Source: Squalus acanthias | Lineage: Eukaryota | DNA length: 64,000 nt | NCBI GenBank assembly: GCA_030390025.1 | Contig: CM059432.1 | Span: forward strand, 67,706,001-67,770,000 | Direction of reading: 5' to 3' | Part shown: in pieces, positions 9,392 to 21,330 of the stretch | Layout of the letters: each line of letters begins with the position of its first letter | How positions within the stretch are numbered: position 1 is the stretch's first letter | The notes under the pieces: generated by a model | The model's database searches: none | What the model saw: only the letters and a program-made list of their open reading frames with translations | What the model was told of the DNA's origin: nothing | Made by a program: the position numbers and the translations under genes

Positions 9392-11197
9392 TCATTGGGT
9401 ACTATTAGATGGGCCTGTGGCACCTGCGGGGCCGGTAGCAACCGCCACTTTTCCATGCGCACTCATGAGGTTACGCATGGCTCCCAACACTGTTTCGATC
9501 GCGTCGGGAGGGATGGGTGCACTAGCTTCCCTATCAGAGACAGGCGCCTGGGCTCGGGCTGCGGGATTTTTATCCCTGGAATCCTTCCAAGGGTTCCTGC
9601 AGTTCTTGTGCCAGTGCCCTGTCTTCCCACACCCGTAACAAGCATTACTGGCCTGCGGCGCGCGGTTACCCTCCTGATGCCACTCCTTTTGAGCCGGGGC
9701 TGCGGGTCGTGCCTCATGCACCTTTCCCTTAAGGGGACGTGCTCCCATACTTCTGGTATTACGGTACCCCACCGTGAGTCGATTTAGGACCGACTCCTCT
9801 GTAGTGGCGGGGTCAGTGGGATCAAACCACGCTTTTGCCTGCTCCCTGACGGCTGGCAAACTGTTGGTTACTATACACCTGAGCCAATGAGTTAAGCCGG
9901 TGTCTGTCACATCGGCGCACTCTGGCGCACCTGGGCAGCTACGCTGGTATACTGGCCACAGCCTGTCGGCGAAAACCTTCGGGGGTTCTCCCTCCATCTG
10001 CACTGTCTGTCCTAGTCTAACAAACGGACCTTCATCGTCCGCTCCCAATACTTCTAGGACCTCATTTCTTAGTGCCCCATAGGTCTTAGTTCCCCTCTTG
10101 CTCTCGTCTGAGAGACACTGAAGGATCGAACTACCCAATGAGAATAACAGCATCTTTGCTGTTTCCCCATCGTCGCAGCCGTTAATGGCTGCGGTTTGCT
10201 CTATTTCCCTAAAATGTACGGAAGGGTCGTCTGACTCGGCCAGCTTCAGTACGTGACTGATCATAATCCTCAGCTGGTGTGAGCTGTGAGGCAACACAAG
10301 CTGGTTGAGGAGATCCCCTTGTTCCCCACCGTCTCTGTTCGGGCCCCTTTTGATGCCCGTGACCGGACACAACGGTCCCGGTTCCACTTCTACCTCGGTG
10401 GGCTCTTTCGTTACTTCCACCACTTTCTCCCTTACCCAGGTTTCCGAATAGCTGGGTGGCGCGGAGGGCATAGTGGCTAATACTTCCTCTGCTTTGTTCG
10501 GTGGGGATTTCTGAAATCCCTCATCCACTAGCGGCTGGTGTGCTGACGGACTGATAAGGCACACCATGCCGTGCGCTTTGTTCACGGCCCTTTTAAGGTG
10601 CTCTATCTCCTTTTGGCAGACGCTGTGATCGGCCCCCTGAAATTTATCCTCGAGGGCCATCTTATATGCCGCCCTAACCCCCGTTAAGCTCTCTTCCTGG
10701 GCTTTTATTTGGGCAGCTTGGCGGGCACATCGTTCCTTTAGTCTGCCCTCACTTAACTTTGCCTCAGTGACCTGGCACTCGAGGTAATCTATTTTTGCTT
10801 TATGGTGGCTGGTGACTACCTGGCGTTCTTGATGCAACGCATTTAAATTCGTAATGAGCAACTGCCCCCCAGTGACCTTCTCGTCCATTTCCACCTCTAA
10901 ACGCCTGATCCGAGCTGCTTGCGCTGTAATGACCTGGTCCGAAATTTGGACTTGTCTTTTATAGCACATCAGCCAGACCGCTTTCTCCACTGTCTTTTTG
11001 TGTTCCTTGCTATCTGTCCACCTCTCGGCTGCCTCTAGTGGACACTTATCCACTAGCAGGTCACTTATCCATTTCTTAGTTAAATTTACTTTTCCGAACA
11101 CATAATCTGCTATTCTCTCTTCCATGACATTTCGCCCAATCATACCAAACTCTAACACATTACCCTCTCGCTGCCAGTGTCCTGCCGCGGTCGCCAT
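9392..11197 (-). CDS. gag: Gag polyprotein (N-terminal coiled coil, PSAPPSY late domain, capsid-like region, one CCHC zinc knuckle)
   Basis: 601-aa ORF directly after the LTR, with CYGCGKTGHWHKNC knuckle, heptad-rich N-terminal third and PSAPPSY. Confidence 0.9.
   Translation of the reverse strand: MATAAGHWQREGNVLEFGMIGRNVMEERIADYVFGKVNLTKKWISDLLVDKCPLEAAERWTDSKEHKKTVEKAVWLMCYKRQVQISDQVITAQAARIRRLEVEMDEKVTGGQLLITNLNALHQERQVVTSHHKAKIDYLECQVTEAKLSEGRLKERCARQAAQIKAQEESLTGVRAAYKMALEDKFQGADHSVCQKEIEHLKRAVNKAHGMVCLISPSAHQPLVDEGFQKSPPNKAEEVLATMPSAPPSYSETWVREKVVEVTKEPTEVEVEPGPLCPVTGIKRGPNRDGGEQGDLLNQLVLPHSSHQLRIMISHVLKLAESDDPSVHFREIEQTAAINGCDDGETAKMLLFSLGSSILQCLSDESKRGTKTYGALRNEVLEVLGADDEGPFVRLGQTVQMEGEPPKVFADRLWPVYQRSCPGAPECADVTDTGLTHWLRCIVTNSLPAVREQAKAWFDPTDPATTEESVLNRLTVGYRNTRSMGARPLKGKVHEARPAAPAQKEWHQEGNRAPQASNACYGCGKTGHWHKNCRNPWKDSRDKNPAARAQAPVSDREASAPIPPDAIETVLGAMRNLMSAHGKVAVATGPAGATGPSNSTQ
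11179..11196 (-). promoter_or_regulatory. Primer binding site, tRNA-Arg(TCG)
   Basis: Minus strand TGGCGACCGCGGCAGGAC, 5 nt after the 5' LTR, is complementary to ...GTCCTGCCGCGGTCG-CCA, the 3' end of vertebrate tRNA-Arg(TCG) as I recall it. Confidence 0.85.
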
Positions 11198-11201
11198 TTT
11201 C

Positions 11202-12859
11202 TGTAAGGGTTTCTGACCTGTGTGGCTCTGTGCTCAGCCTGGGTGCTAGTGCGAGGTTAGGCCTTGTTGCCTGTTCTGGTCTCCAGCCAGTCTGGGAGCA
11301 CTAGACACCTGTGAGTGGTTCGACCCACTCGCCCTTACGGTTCTGACACTGGACTTAGGTGCGAGAGCAATAATGGAGAGAAAAACTCAGGTCGACCCGG
11401 TTGAATGGTGCGAAATGGAAAATCTTTATTGCATATTATTCAAGATTATGAACTACATGTCATAAGCACAGATTAATGACAGTACAATCTTACACGCAGT
11501 TATGTAACTAATTTCAGGGAAACGAGGAACGAACGACACATCGTAAATGGGGGCACACATTACAGTTATCCTTAAAACTTAAACCCTCCCCTATCAATAC
11601 CTGCTCTAAACTAGATTTGTAGGATCGAGACTCATGCTCACCACTCGTGATAACTCGGAGAATTCCGAAAACTCTGATCGGATGTTTTTCCCGCAGCACC
11701 TGATCACCCACGTGTTGATCAGGGGTCTCTGTACCCCACTTGTTTACTCGTTTCTGCTCTGGCTAGCAGGCTGGACCGTCTGCTGTCATGAAGATCTGTG
11801 TTGTCCTCGGAGTTCCGACACGACTCGAAAAATAGTCTTCCTGTGCCCTCGCACTGATTCGATAAAACTCAAAGAATAGTCTTCCGATGCCAGTTCTGTA
11901 GAACTCAAAGATGGTCTTCCTGGGCAAGGAAAGTGTCTATTCGACCTACAGGCACGGTCGGGGCTTACTGACCGTGGCGATACGTATGGTCGTCTTCTTC
12001 TCTTCTCATCTCATCTCATCTCATCTCGTCTCGGGCCTTCGGTTCCAACACCGTTTACCGACTTCTCGGGATGGTGTGCCCGTTTCAAAGCTTCACAGCC
12101 CAGTTCCACACAGATCTTCGCGGCAAGCCACGAGGCTGATCCTGGCGGATCGTAAAGTTCAACAGTCTTTAAAAGCTGCAAGAGACAGAGACACGAGGCA
12201 AGCGGCAAGGAGTCGAAAGGATAAGAGAAAAATGGACGGTTGCAGCTTACAGTTATAGTGCGAACACTCTTCTTTTTCCCGCCCAACCTTAATGTCTTTT
12301 CTTTTGTTAGGGTTTTGGCGCTCAAATTTCTTGTATAGGGTGATCTCCGTTTAATGGGTTTCGGGGATACTCGTAACTGTCTGAGTACCTGTTAATACTT
12401 TTCCAATGTGTAACCGGTCGGTATTCTCCCTGGAGGGGTTTTGGGGCTTCCAAATGTTTTCTGTAACTACCCGCAAACGGCTCTCTCATCGTAGAGTCGT
12501 GGGGATTTTGCATATTAATGTCTTTGGATGGGTTCTTGATCGCTTGGTACAATAGCCCTTATTCGCACCTGGGAGACCAATTCCAGTATTTATGTGTATA
12601 CTGCAAACCCATAATGTCTCGTGTATTATCTCTAATGTGCTGAGTCTTGATCGATCTCGCACAAATGTTTATTGGAACGCCATCTTGTCTGCTTATCGAA
12701 AAGTCTAGAATGTTCTGCCACGAGGCGTGGCGGCCATTTTTACAGGCTGCTTGTGTCCACTTTGAAAACCTGACAGCATTCTGCTGAAATAAAACTGTTT
12801 GAACGAAACTATGTGTTTTCTCCTTATTTATAAAATCGCGATATATTGCGAATTCTTCA
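11202..12859 (-). repeat. 5' LTR of provirus (1658 bp)
   Basis: By eye it differs from the 3' LTR by ~7 substitutions, one 1-bp indel and two fewer TCTCA units. Confidence 0.95.
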
Positions 12860-13639
12860 ACAGAGAGGTGTTTCCACGACTGCAGACGTGAATCCAGGAT
12901 GGTATGTTGCCTCCCTGGTGTCAGGGTTAAGGATGTCACTGAGTGGCTGCAGAATATTCTGAGGGGGGAGGATAAACAGCCAGAGGTCGTGGTCCATATT
13001 GGTATCAACGACAATGGTAGAAAGAGGGATGAGGTCCTGCAGGCAGATTTTAGGGAGCTAGGAAATAAATTAAAAAGCAGGACCTCAAAGGTAGTATTCT
13101 CCAGATTACTCCCAGTGCCACAAGCTAGTGAGTATAGAAATAGGAGGATAGAGCAGATGAATGCGTGGCTGGAGAAATGGTGCAGGAGGGAGGGCATAGA
13201 TCTCTGGGACATTGGATCCAGTTCTGGGGGAGGTGGGACCTGTACAGGCCGGACGGGTTGCACCTCAACAGAGTTGGGACCAATATCCTCGCGGCGAGGT
13301 TTGCTTGTGCTGTTGGGGAGAATTTAAACTAATTTGGCAGGGGGATGGGTACCAGGATGTAGCATTAGAAAGGAGAAACAAGGTGAACAAAAGATTGGGA
13401 GAGACAGACAGCACTAGAGTAAGAAATGGTACTGTATTAGGTGGGGTCAGACTAATAGAGAATACAAGAATGTCTAAGATAGGTTTACAGTGCATGTGTG
13501 TAAACGCACGAAGCGTGGTAAATAAGGTTGATGAGCTGCAGGCACAAATAGCGACATGGGAATATGATGTCGTGGCGATAATGGAGACCTAGCTCAAAAA
13601 CAGGCAGGATTGGGTATTAAATATTACTGAATATAAGCT

Positions 13640-13860
13640 GAGACTGGAAGGAGTGGACCTGGAGGGAGCACAGCGAGAGCGGAGCAGTTAAAAGGAGCAG
13701 TCCCGAGCGGCAGGAGTATGAGACTGGAACGAACGGATCTGGAGGGAGCACAGTGAGAGCGGTGCAGTTAAAAGGAGCAGTTCTGAGCAGCAGGAGCCTG
13801 AGACTGGAAGGAGCGCACCTGGAGGGAGCACAGCGAGAGCGGAGCAGTTAAAAGGAGCGG
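13640..13860 (+). repeat. 80-bp tandem repeat (~2.75 copies) in CR1 5'UTR
   Basis: GAGACTGGAA... units start at 13640, 13720 and 13800. Confidence 0.85.
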
Positions 13861-16800
13861 CAGCAACTCAACAGAGGCAGTTTTTGAAAAGTGACGTCAG
13901 AGTAAAAAAAGTGACGTCAGCACAAGGGAAGGAGCTGATTGGTGAGTAGCTGGTGAGTGTATTTTTTTTTTAAGTTTATAAGTTTATTTCTGCTAAATTA
14001 GTTAATAGCCAATTGAATAGAGGGAAAAAGCTGACTGGTGAGTAGCTGGGGAGTGTTTTTTGTTAAGTTTTAATTTATTTCAGCTGGGTTAGTTCTTAGT
14101 CTATTAAATAGAGGCATGGCAGGGCAGCTCAGTCTCGTGGAGTGCACATCCTGTGCCATGTGGGAAGTCTTGGATGCTTCGCATAGCCTGGACAACCACA
14201 TGTGCAGGAAGTGTCACCAGCTACGGCAGCTCGAACTCCGGGTTTCGGAGCTTGAGCAGTGGCTGGAGTCACTGCGGTGCATCCGCGAGGCTGAGAGTTA
14301 TGTGGATAGCACGTTTCTAGAGGTGGTCACCCCGCAGCTTAAGAATATGCAGGCAGAGACGGAATGGGTGACTGCCAGACAGAAGAGGAGGACCAGGCAG
14401 GTAGTGCAGGAGTCCCCGGAGTGCATCGCACTCTCCAACCAGTATTCTGTTCTGAGTACTGGTGAGGGTGATGGTTCCTCTGGGGAGTGCAGCCAGAGTC
14501 AAGTCCATGGGTGGCTCAGCTGCACAGGGGGGGAGGAAAAAGATTGGAAGAGCAATAGTGGTAGGGGATTCGATAGTTAGGGGAGCAGACAGGCGTTTCT
14601 GCAGCCGCAGATGTGATTCCAGGATGGTAGGTTGCATCCCTGGCGCCAGAGTCAAGGATGTCACTGAGCAGTTGCAGGTAATTCTGAGGGGGGAGGGTGA
14701 ACAGCCAGAGGTCATTGTCCATATCAGTACCAACGACATAGGCAGAAAGAGTGATGAGGTCCTGCAGGCAGAGTTTAGGGAGCTAGGAGAGAGATTAAAA
14801 AGCAGGACCTCAAAGGTAGTAATCTCCAGATTACTCCCGGTGCCACGTACTAGTGAGTACAGGAATAGGAGGATAGAACAGATGAATGCGTGGCTGGAGA
14901 GATGGTGCAGGAGGGAGGGCTTTAGATTCCTGAGGCATTGGGACCGTTTCTGGGGAAGGTGGGACCTGTACAAGCCAGACGGGTTACACCTCAACGGAGC
15001 TGGGACCAATATTCTCGTGGGGAGGTTTGCTAGTGCTGTTGGGGAGGGTTTAAACTAGCTTGGCAGGGGGATGGGCACCAGCATATAGGAGTAGAAAAGA
15101 GGAATAAGGTGCATAAAAGAGTGAGTGTGTTGGATAGTACTAGAGAAGAGAGTACTAAAGGCAGTAGTAGTACCATATTAGATAGGAGCAGACTAAGAAA
15201 GACTACAAAAATTCAAAAATGGGTTTAGAATGCATATACGTAAACGCACAAAGTATGGTGAATAAGGTTGGTGAGCTACAAGCACAATTAGCCATGTGGC
15301 AATATGATGTTGTGGCAATAACGGAAATGTGGCTTAAAAATGGTGAGCACTGGGCACTTAATATTCAAGGGTACAAGGTGTTCAGAAAAGATAGGGAAGG
15401 AAAAAAAGGAGGTGGGGTGGCAGTGCTGATTAAGGAAGACATTGTAATGTTGGAAAGGGAGGATGTTCTTGAGGGGACAAGGACAGAATCCATTTGGTTA
15501 GAGTTGAGGAGCAAAAAGGGTATGATTACGTTATTGAGGGTATTCTCTAGGCCTCCAAATAGTGAGGGGGAGGTAGAGGAGCAAATCTGCAGGGAAATCA
15601 CAGAGATATGCAAGAGCTATAGAGTGGTGATATTGGAGGACTTTAATTACCCAAATTATAATGCAAGGGTAAAGGGAAAGGAGGGGGAGGAATTTTTGAA
15701 ATATGTTCAGGAGAATTTCCTTGACCAATATGTTCTTGGCCCAACTGGGAAGGAGGCATTGCTGGATCTGGTGCTGGGGAATGAGGTGGGCCAGGTTGAC
15801 CAAGTATCTGTGGAACTTCTAAACTGGAATAAGGCTAACTTCAATGGGATGCGAAAGGTTCTAGCCAGGGTAGAATGGAACCAAAGACTGACAGGAAAAA
15901 CTGTAACGGAACAATGGGTGATCTTTAAGGAGGAGATGTTCCAAGTACAGGCTAGGTACATTCCAACAAGAGGGAAGGGTAAGGGAACCTAAGCAAGGGC
16001 TCCTTGGATGACGAGGGAGATAGAGAAGATGATGAAACAAAAAAAGAGTGTGTATGATGCATGTCAGGTGAATTCTTCATGGGAGAACCAGACCAAATAC
16101 AATAAGTTGAGAGGAGATGTGAAGATGAAAATAAGATTGGCAAAGAGAGAATATGAGAGTAGAATGGCGGTTAACATAAAAGGGAACCCAAAAATCTTCT
16201 ACCAGCATATAAACAGCAAGCGGGTGTAAGAGGCGGGGTGGGACCTATTAGAGACAAAGAAGGTGATATATGCTTAGAGGTGCAGGGCAAATCTAGAATA
16301 CTCAAAGATTACTTTGTATCGCTGTTTAGTAAGGAGGTAGATGCTGACAAAATACCGGTAGAAGTGGAAAAAGTAGAAACAATGGAAGGGGTGAAAATTA
16401 ATAGACAGGATGTTCTCGAAAGGCCAGGTATGCTTAGAGTGGACTAGTCGCCTGGTCCAGATGGCTTGCATCCCAGGTTGCTAAGGGAATTGGGGGAGGA
16501 GATAGCGGAAGGGCTTGCCATAATTTTCCAATCTTCCCTAGATACGGGGGAGGTGCCTGAGGATTGGAAAGTGGCAAATGTGACACCATTGTTCAAGAAA
16601 GGGTGTAAGGACAATCCCAGTAACTACAGGCTGGTCAGTTTAACATCAGTGGTGGGTAAAGTTTTAGAAACAATAATCAAGGAAAAAATTAACGGGCACT
16701 TGGAGAGCCAACACGGATTTGTAAAAGGCAGATCGTGTTTCACTAATCAAATTGAATTTTTTGATGAAGTAACAGAGAGGATTGATGAAGGGAATGCAAT

Positions 16801-17962
16801 GGATGTTGTCTACATGGATTTTCAGAAGGCGTTTGACAAAGTACCACATAGAAGGCTTCTTAACAAACTTGAGACTCATGGAATAGATGGGTCAGTGGCA
16901 GCTTGGATAAGGAATTGGCTTAAGGACAGAAAACAGTGAATTGTGGTAAATAGCTGTTTTTCAGACTGGAGGATGGTAGACAGTGGTGTACCCCAAGGGT
17001 CAGTGCTGGGGCCACTGCTTTTTTTGATATATATAAATGACCTGGATATTGGAATACAGAGTAGAATTTCTAAATTTGCTGATGACAACAAACTTGGGGG
17101 TGTGGCAAACAGTGATGATGATATCAATCGACTGCAAAAGGACATGGAAAGGCTAGCAGAATGGAAGTGTGAGGTGATGCATTTTGGCAGAAGGAACAAG
17201 GAGAGGCAATATACACTTAATGGCACAGTTTTAAAGAATGTGCAGGGACAGAGAGACAGAGAGACCTGGGAGTTAATGTGCATAGGTCCCTGAAGGTGGC
17301 AGGACATATTGAGAGAGTGGTTAGCAAAGCATATGGGATCTTGGGCTTCATAAATAGAGGTATTGAGTACAAATGTAGAGAAGTTATGTTGAAACTTTTT
17401 AAAGCGCTGGTTAGGCCACAACTGGAGTATTGCGTCCAGTTCTGGTCACCACACTTTAGGAAGGATGTGAATGCCCTTGAGAGGGTGCAGAGGAGATTTA
17501 CCAGAATGGTTCCGGGGATGGGGGATCTTAGCTACAAGGACAGGTTGGAGAAGCTGGATTTGTTTTCATTAGAGCAAAGGAGGTTGAGGGGTGATTTGAT
17601 AGCGGTGTATAAGATTATGACGGGTTTGGATAGGCTCAACTGGGAAAGGCTGTTCCAACTAGTTGATGGTACAAGGACTAGGGGACACAGATTCAAGGTT
17701 TTGGGCAAGAGATACAGTGGGGATGTGAGGGAAAACCGTTTTACGCAGCGAGTGGTGAGGACCTGGAATTCGCTGCCGTCGGCAGTGGTGGAAGCGGAGA
17801 CACTCAATGTTTTCAAGGGGAGACTGGATAGGCACCTGAGGGAAATAAACTTGCAGGGCTACGGGGATAGAGCGGGGGAATGGGACTGACTGGATTGCTC
17901 TACAGAGAGCCGGCACGGACTCGATGGGCTGAATGGCCTCCTACTCTGCTGTTATGACTCTA
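13640..17962 (+). mobile_element. Near full-length CR1 LINE (5'UTR, zinc-finger/esterase ORF1 14116-15058, APE-RT ORF2 ~15219-17889), with frameshifts and stops
   Basis: CxxC..CxxC plus leucine zipper, GDS and DGLH esterase motifs, APE motifs, SPGPDG, PQGSVLGP, KFADD, RPQLEYC. The (TATGACTC)n tail continues at 18735-18746. Confidence 0.92.
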
Positions 17963-18734
17963 GGGCTGGATTTTCAATGACCCGTGGAGTCGGGTTTGGA
18001 GGCGTGTGGGGGGTTAAAGTTGCAAATTCGGGGGTCCCGACCCCATCCCGACTCCATTCCGCCTCCACGCAATTTTGACAAAATTGGTCGCGGTGTTCCC
18101 GACTCCGTCCGGCCTCCAAGAGGCGGGAGAGGCCATTAAAGCCCTTAACAAGCCCTAAATTGGCTCTGTAATGCCATTTTGAAACGTTTTAGCTAGTTTA
18201 ACCCTTTTCCGACATGAAGTACGCCTGATGTGAAACACGCCAGTGAAACCTGGTGGGAGCACAAGTGGATAGCTGACTATCAGCTGCAGGTCCACTATTA
18301 CAACGGAGATGTGATGAAGATAGTAGTAGTATTGTGATGAAGGTAGTAGTAGTATTAGGTCTGAAAGTCGCCTCTGATGCTGCTGCATTGAATGTCTTCA
18401 GAGACTGCCTGGGAGGAGTTGTTTGCAAAAAAAATTCATTCTCTCTCTCTCTCTCTCTCTCTCTGAGATGCTGCTCATTTTGCATCCAGGTCCTCTCACA
18501 GCAAAGGCCAGGCAATCTCTGAGACCAGGCAGTCTCTGACCTGCAATGATGACATCATCAGAGACGACTTTCAGACTGAAACCACTAATTGGTTCATGGG
18601 TTCCCACATGCTGGAACTAAATTGCCCAATTAAGTGAAAATTGCATCAATCTCCCACATCCAATTGCAGGCAGATGGATAACACGAAATGCGGATGGCAC
18701 GACCACAACCCACCCCAGTATCAAAATCCAGCCC
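17963..18734. mobile_element. Non-autonomous Harbinger-like MITE in CR1 tail
   Basis: TIR GGGCTGGATTTT/AAAATCCAGCCC with TA on both sides. Shares internal sequence with 42216-42566. Confidence 0.8.
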
Positions 18735-20847
18735 TATGACTCTATGTTCAGTTGAGATAGGGAAGGAAAGAAAGGAGATGGGGTGGCAGTATTGATTAAA
18801 GAGAATGTTACAGTGCTGGAGAGAGAGGATGTCCTGGTGGGGTCAAGGACCTCTATTTGGTTAGAGTTAAGAAACAATAGAGATGTCATTACACTACTAG
18901 GTGTATTCTATAGACCACCAACTAATGGGAAGGATATAAAGGAGCAAATTTGCAGGGAAATTAGAGAGTTGCAAGAACTATAGAGTAGTGATAATGGGTG
19001 ACTTCAACTATCCTAATATAGACTGGGATAGTAATAGTGTATAGGGCAGAGAGGGAGAAGAATTTCTGAAGTGTGTTCAGGAGAAGTTTCTTCATCAGTA
19101 TGTTTCCGGCCCAACAAGGAAGGAGGCATTGCTGGATCTGGTTCTGGGGAATGTGGTGGGTCAAGTGGAGCAAGTATTAGTAGGGGAACATTTAGAGAAC
19201 AGTGGTCATAGTATCATAAGGTTGAGATTAGCTATGGAAAAGGACAGGGAGCAATCCAGAGTAAAAAATACTTAATTGGATGAAGGCTAATTTCAGTGAG
19301 TTGAGAATGGATCTGGCCTGGGTAAATTGGACTCAAAGATTGGCAGGCAAATCTGTAATGGAACAATGGGCTGCCTTTAAAGAGGAGATGGTTCGGGTAT
19401 AGTCGAGGTACATTCCCACGAGGTAAAAGGTAGGGCAACCAAAGTCGGAGCTCCCTGGATGTCGAAAGAGATAGAGAGAAAGAGGAAGCAGAAAAAGGGC
19501 GTATGACAGATGTCAGGTTGAGAATACAAGTGGGAATCAGGCTGAATATAGAAAGTTTAGAGGGAAAGTGAAAAAGTAACTAGGAGGGGCAACGAGAGAG
19601 TATGAGAATAGATTGGCAGCTAACATAAAAGGAAATACAAAAGTCTTCTATAGGCATATAAATGGTAAACGGGTAGTAAGAGGAGGGGTGGGGCTAATTA
19701 GGGACCCAAAAAGGAGACCTACGCATGGAGGCAGAGGGCATGGCTGAGGTACTAAATGAGTACTTTGCATCTAAATGAGTCTTCACCAAGGAGGAAAATG
19801 TTGCCAAAGTCATAGTGAAAGAGGAGGTAGTTGAGATACTGGATGAGATAAAAATTCATAAAGAAAAGGTACTAGAAAGGCTGGCTGTACTTACAGTAGA
19901 TAAGTCACCAGGACAGGGTTGGATGCATCCTAGGATACTGAGGGAAGTAAAGGTAGAAATTACGGAGGTACTGGCCATAATCTTCCAATCCTCTTTAGAT
20001 ACGGGGGTGGTGCCAGAGAACTGGAGAATTACAAATGTTACACCCTTGTTCAAAAAAGGGTGTAAAGATAAACCCAGCAACTACAGGCCATTTAGTTTAA
20101 CCTCAGTGATCTTTTAGAAATGATAATCTGGAACAAAGTTAACAGTCACTTGGACAAGTGTGGATTAATTAAGGAAAGCCAGCATGGATTTGTAAAAGGC
20201 AAATCGTATTTAACTAACTTGATTGAGTTTTTTGATGAGGTAACAGAGAGGGTTGATGAGGGCAATGCGGTTGATGTGGAGTACATGGATTTCCAAAAGG
20301 CGTTTGATAAAGTGCCACATAATAGGCTTGCCAGCAAAGTTGAAGTCCATGGAATAAAAGGGACAGTGGCAGCATAACGAACTTGTCTACGTGACAGGAA
20401 ACAGAGAGTAGTAGTGAACGGTTGTTTTTCAGACTGGAGGAAGGTTCACCGTGGTGTTCCCCAGGGGTCAGCACTAGGACCACTACTTTTCTTGATATAT
20501 ATTAATGACTTGGACTTGGGTGTACAGAGCACAATTTCAAAATTTGCAGATGACACAAAACTTGGAAGTATAGTGAACAGTGAGGAGGAGAGTGATAGAC
20601 TTCAAGAAGACATAGACAGGCTGGTGGAATGGGCAGGACACGTGGCAAATGAAATTTAACGCAGAAAAGTGCGAAATGATACATTTTGGTAGGAAGAACG
20701 AGGAGCGGCAATATAAACTAAAGGGTACAATTCTGCAGGGGGTGCATGAACAGAGATGCCTGCGAGTATATGTGCACAAATCGTTGAAGGTGGCAGGGCA
20801 GGCTGAGAAAGCTGTTTCAAAAGCATACGGGATCCTGGGCTTCATCC

Positions 20848-21330
20848 TGGACACTGAGACAACGTATGAACGAGCACCGCGCAACAATCGCCAGGCAGGA
20901 TTGTTACCTCCCAGTCGGGGAACACTTCAGCAGTCAAGGACATTCAGCCTCGGATCTGCGGGTAAGCGTTCTCCAAGGCAACCTTAGAAACACACGACAA
21001 CGCAAAATCATCGAGCAGAAACTGATAGCCAAGTTCCGCACTCATGAAGACGGTCTCAATCGGGATCTTGGGTTTATGTCACGATACATGACGTGATCCG
21101 GACTCGAGTCGTCGTTAGCTTGTTCACAGATGTGATTCCCAGTAAAAAAGTAAAAATTTTCCCAGTAAAAAAGTAAAATTTTTTTTAAAGCTTTTCGTTT
21201 TACATACAGACGGCAGCTTTTGACACGTTGGAACCCCTGCGACTACACCTCATTGTCTCAGTTGTATCTTGCTATGTCTTTTGATGTGGTACCTTCCTGG
21301 CTGACTTAATTAACTTTATCACACCTCGGC
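20848..21330 (+). mobile_element. Penelope-like element 3' fragment (GIY-YIG endonuclease C-terminus) inserted in CR1
   Basis: RMNEHR...VGEHFSSQGHS...EQKLIAKFRTHEDGLNRD motif; CR1 is interrupted at GILGFI|RGIEYK. Confidence 0.8.

Larger units (their letters stand above)
111..12859 (-). mobile_element. Full-length endogenous retrovirus-like provirus (lokiretrovirus-like): LTR-PBS-gag-pol-env-PPT-LTR
   Basis: Two ~1.66-kb direct repeats with TG...CA ends. 4-bp TSD ACAG at 107-110 and 12860-12863; removing the element restores a CR1 ORF1 sequence. tRNA PBS present, and gag, PR-RT-tether-RH-IN and env lie in order on the minus strand. Confidence 0.95.

Noticed and set aside
13640..13860. CRISPR-like array
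   Set aside because: These are contiguous tandem units without unique spacers, in eukaryotic retroelement context.
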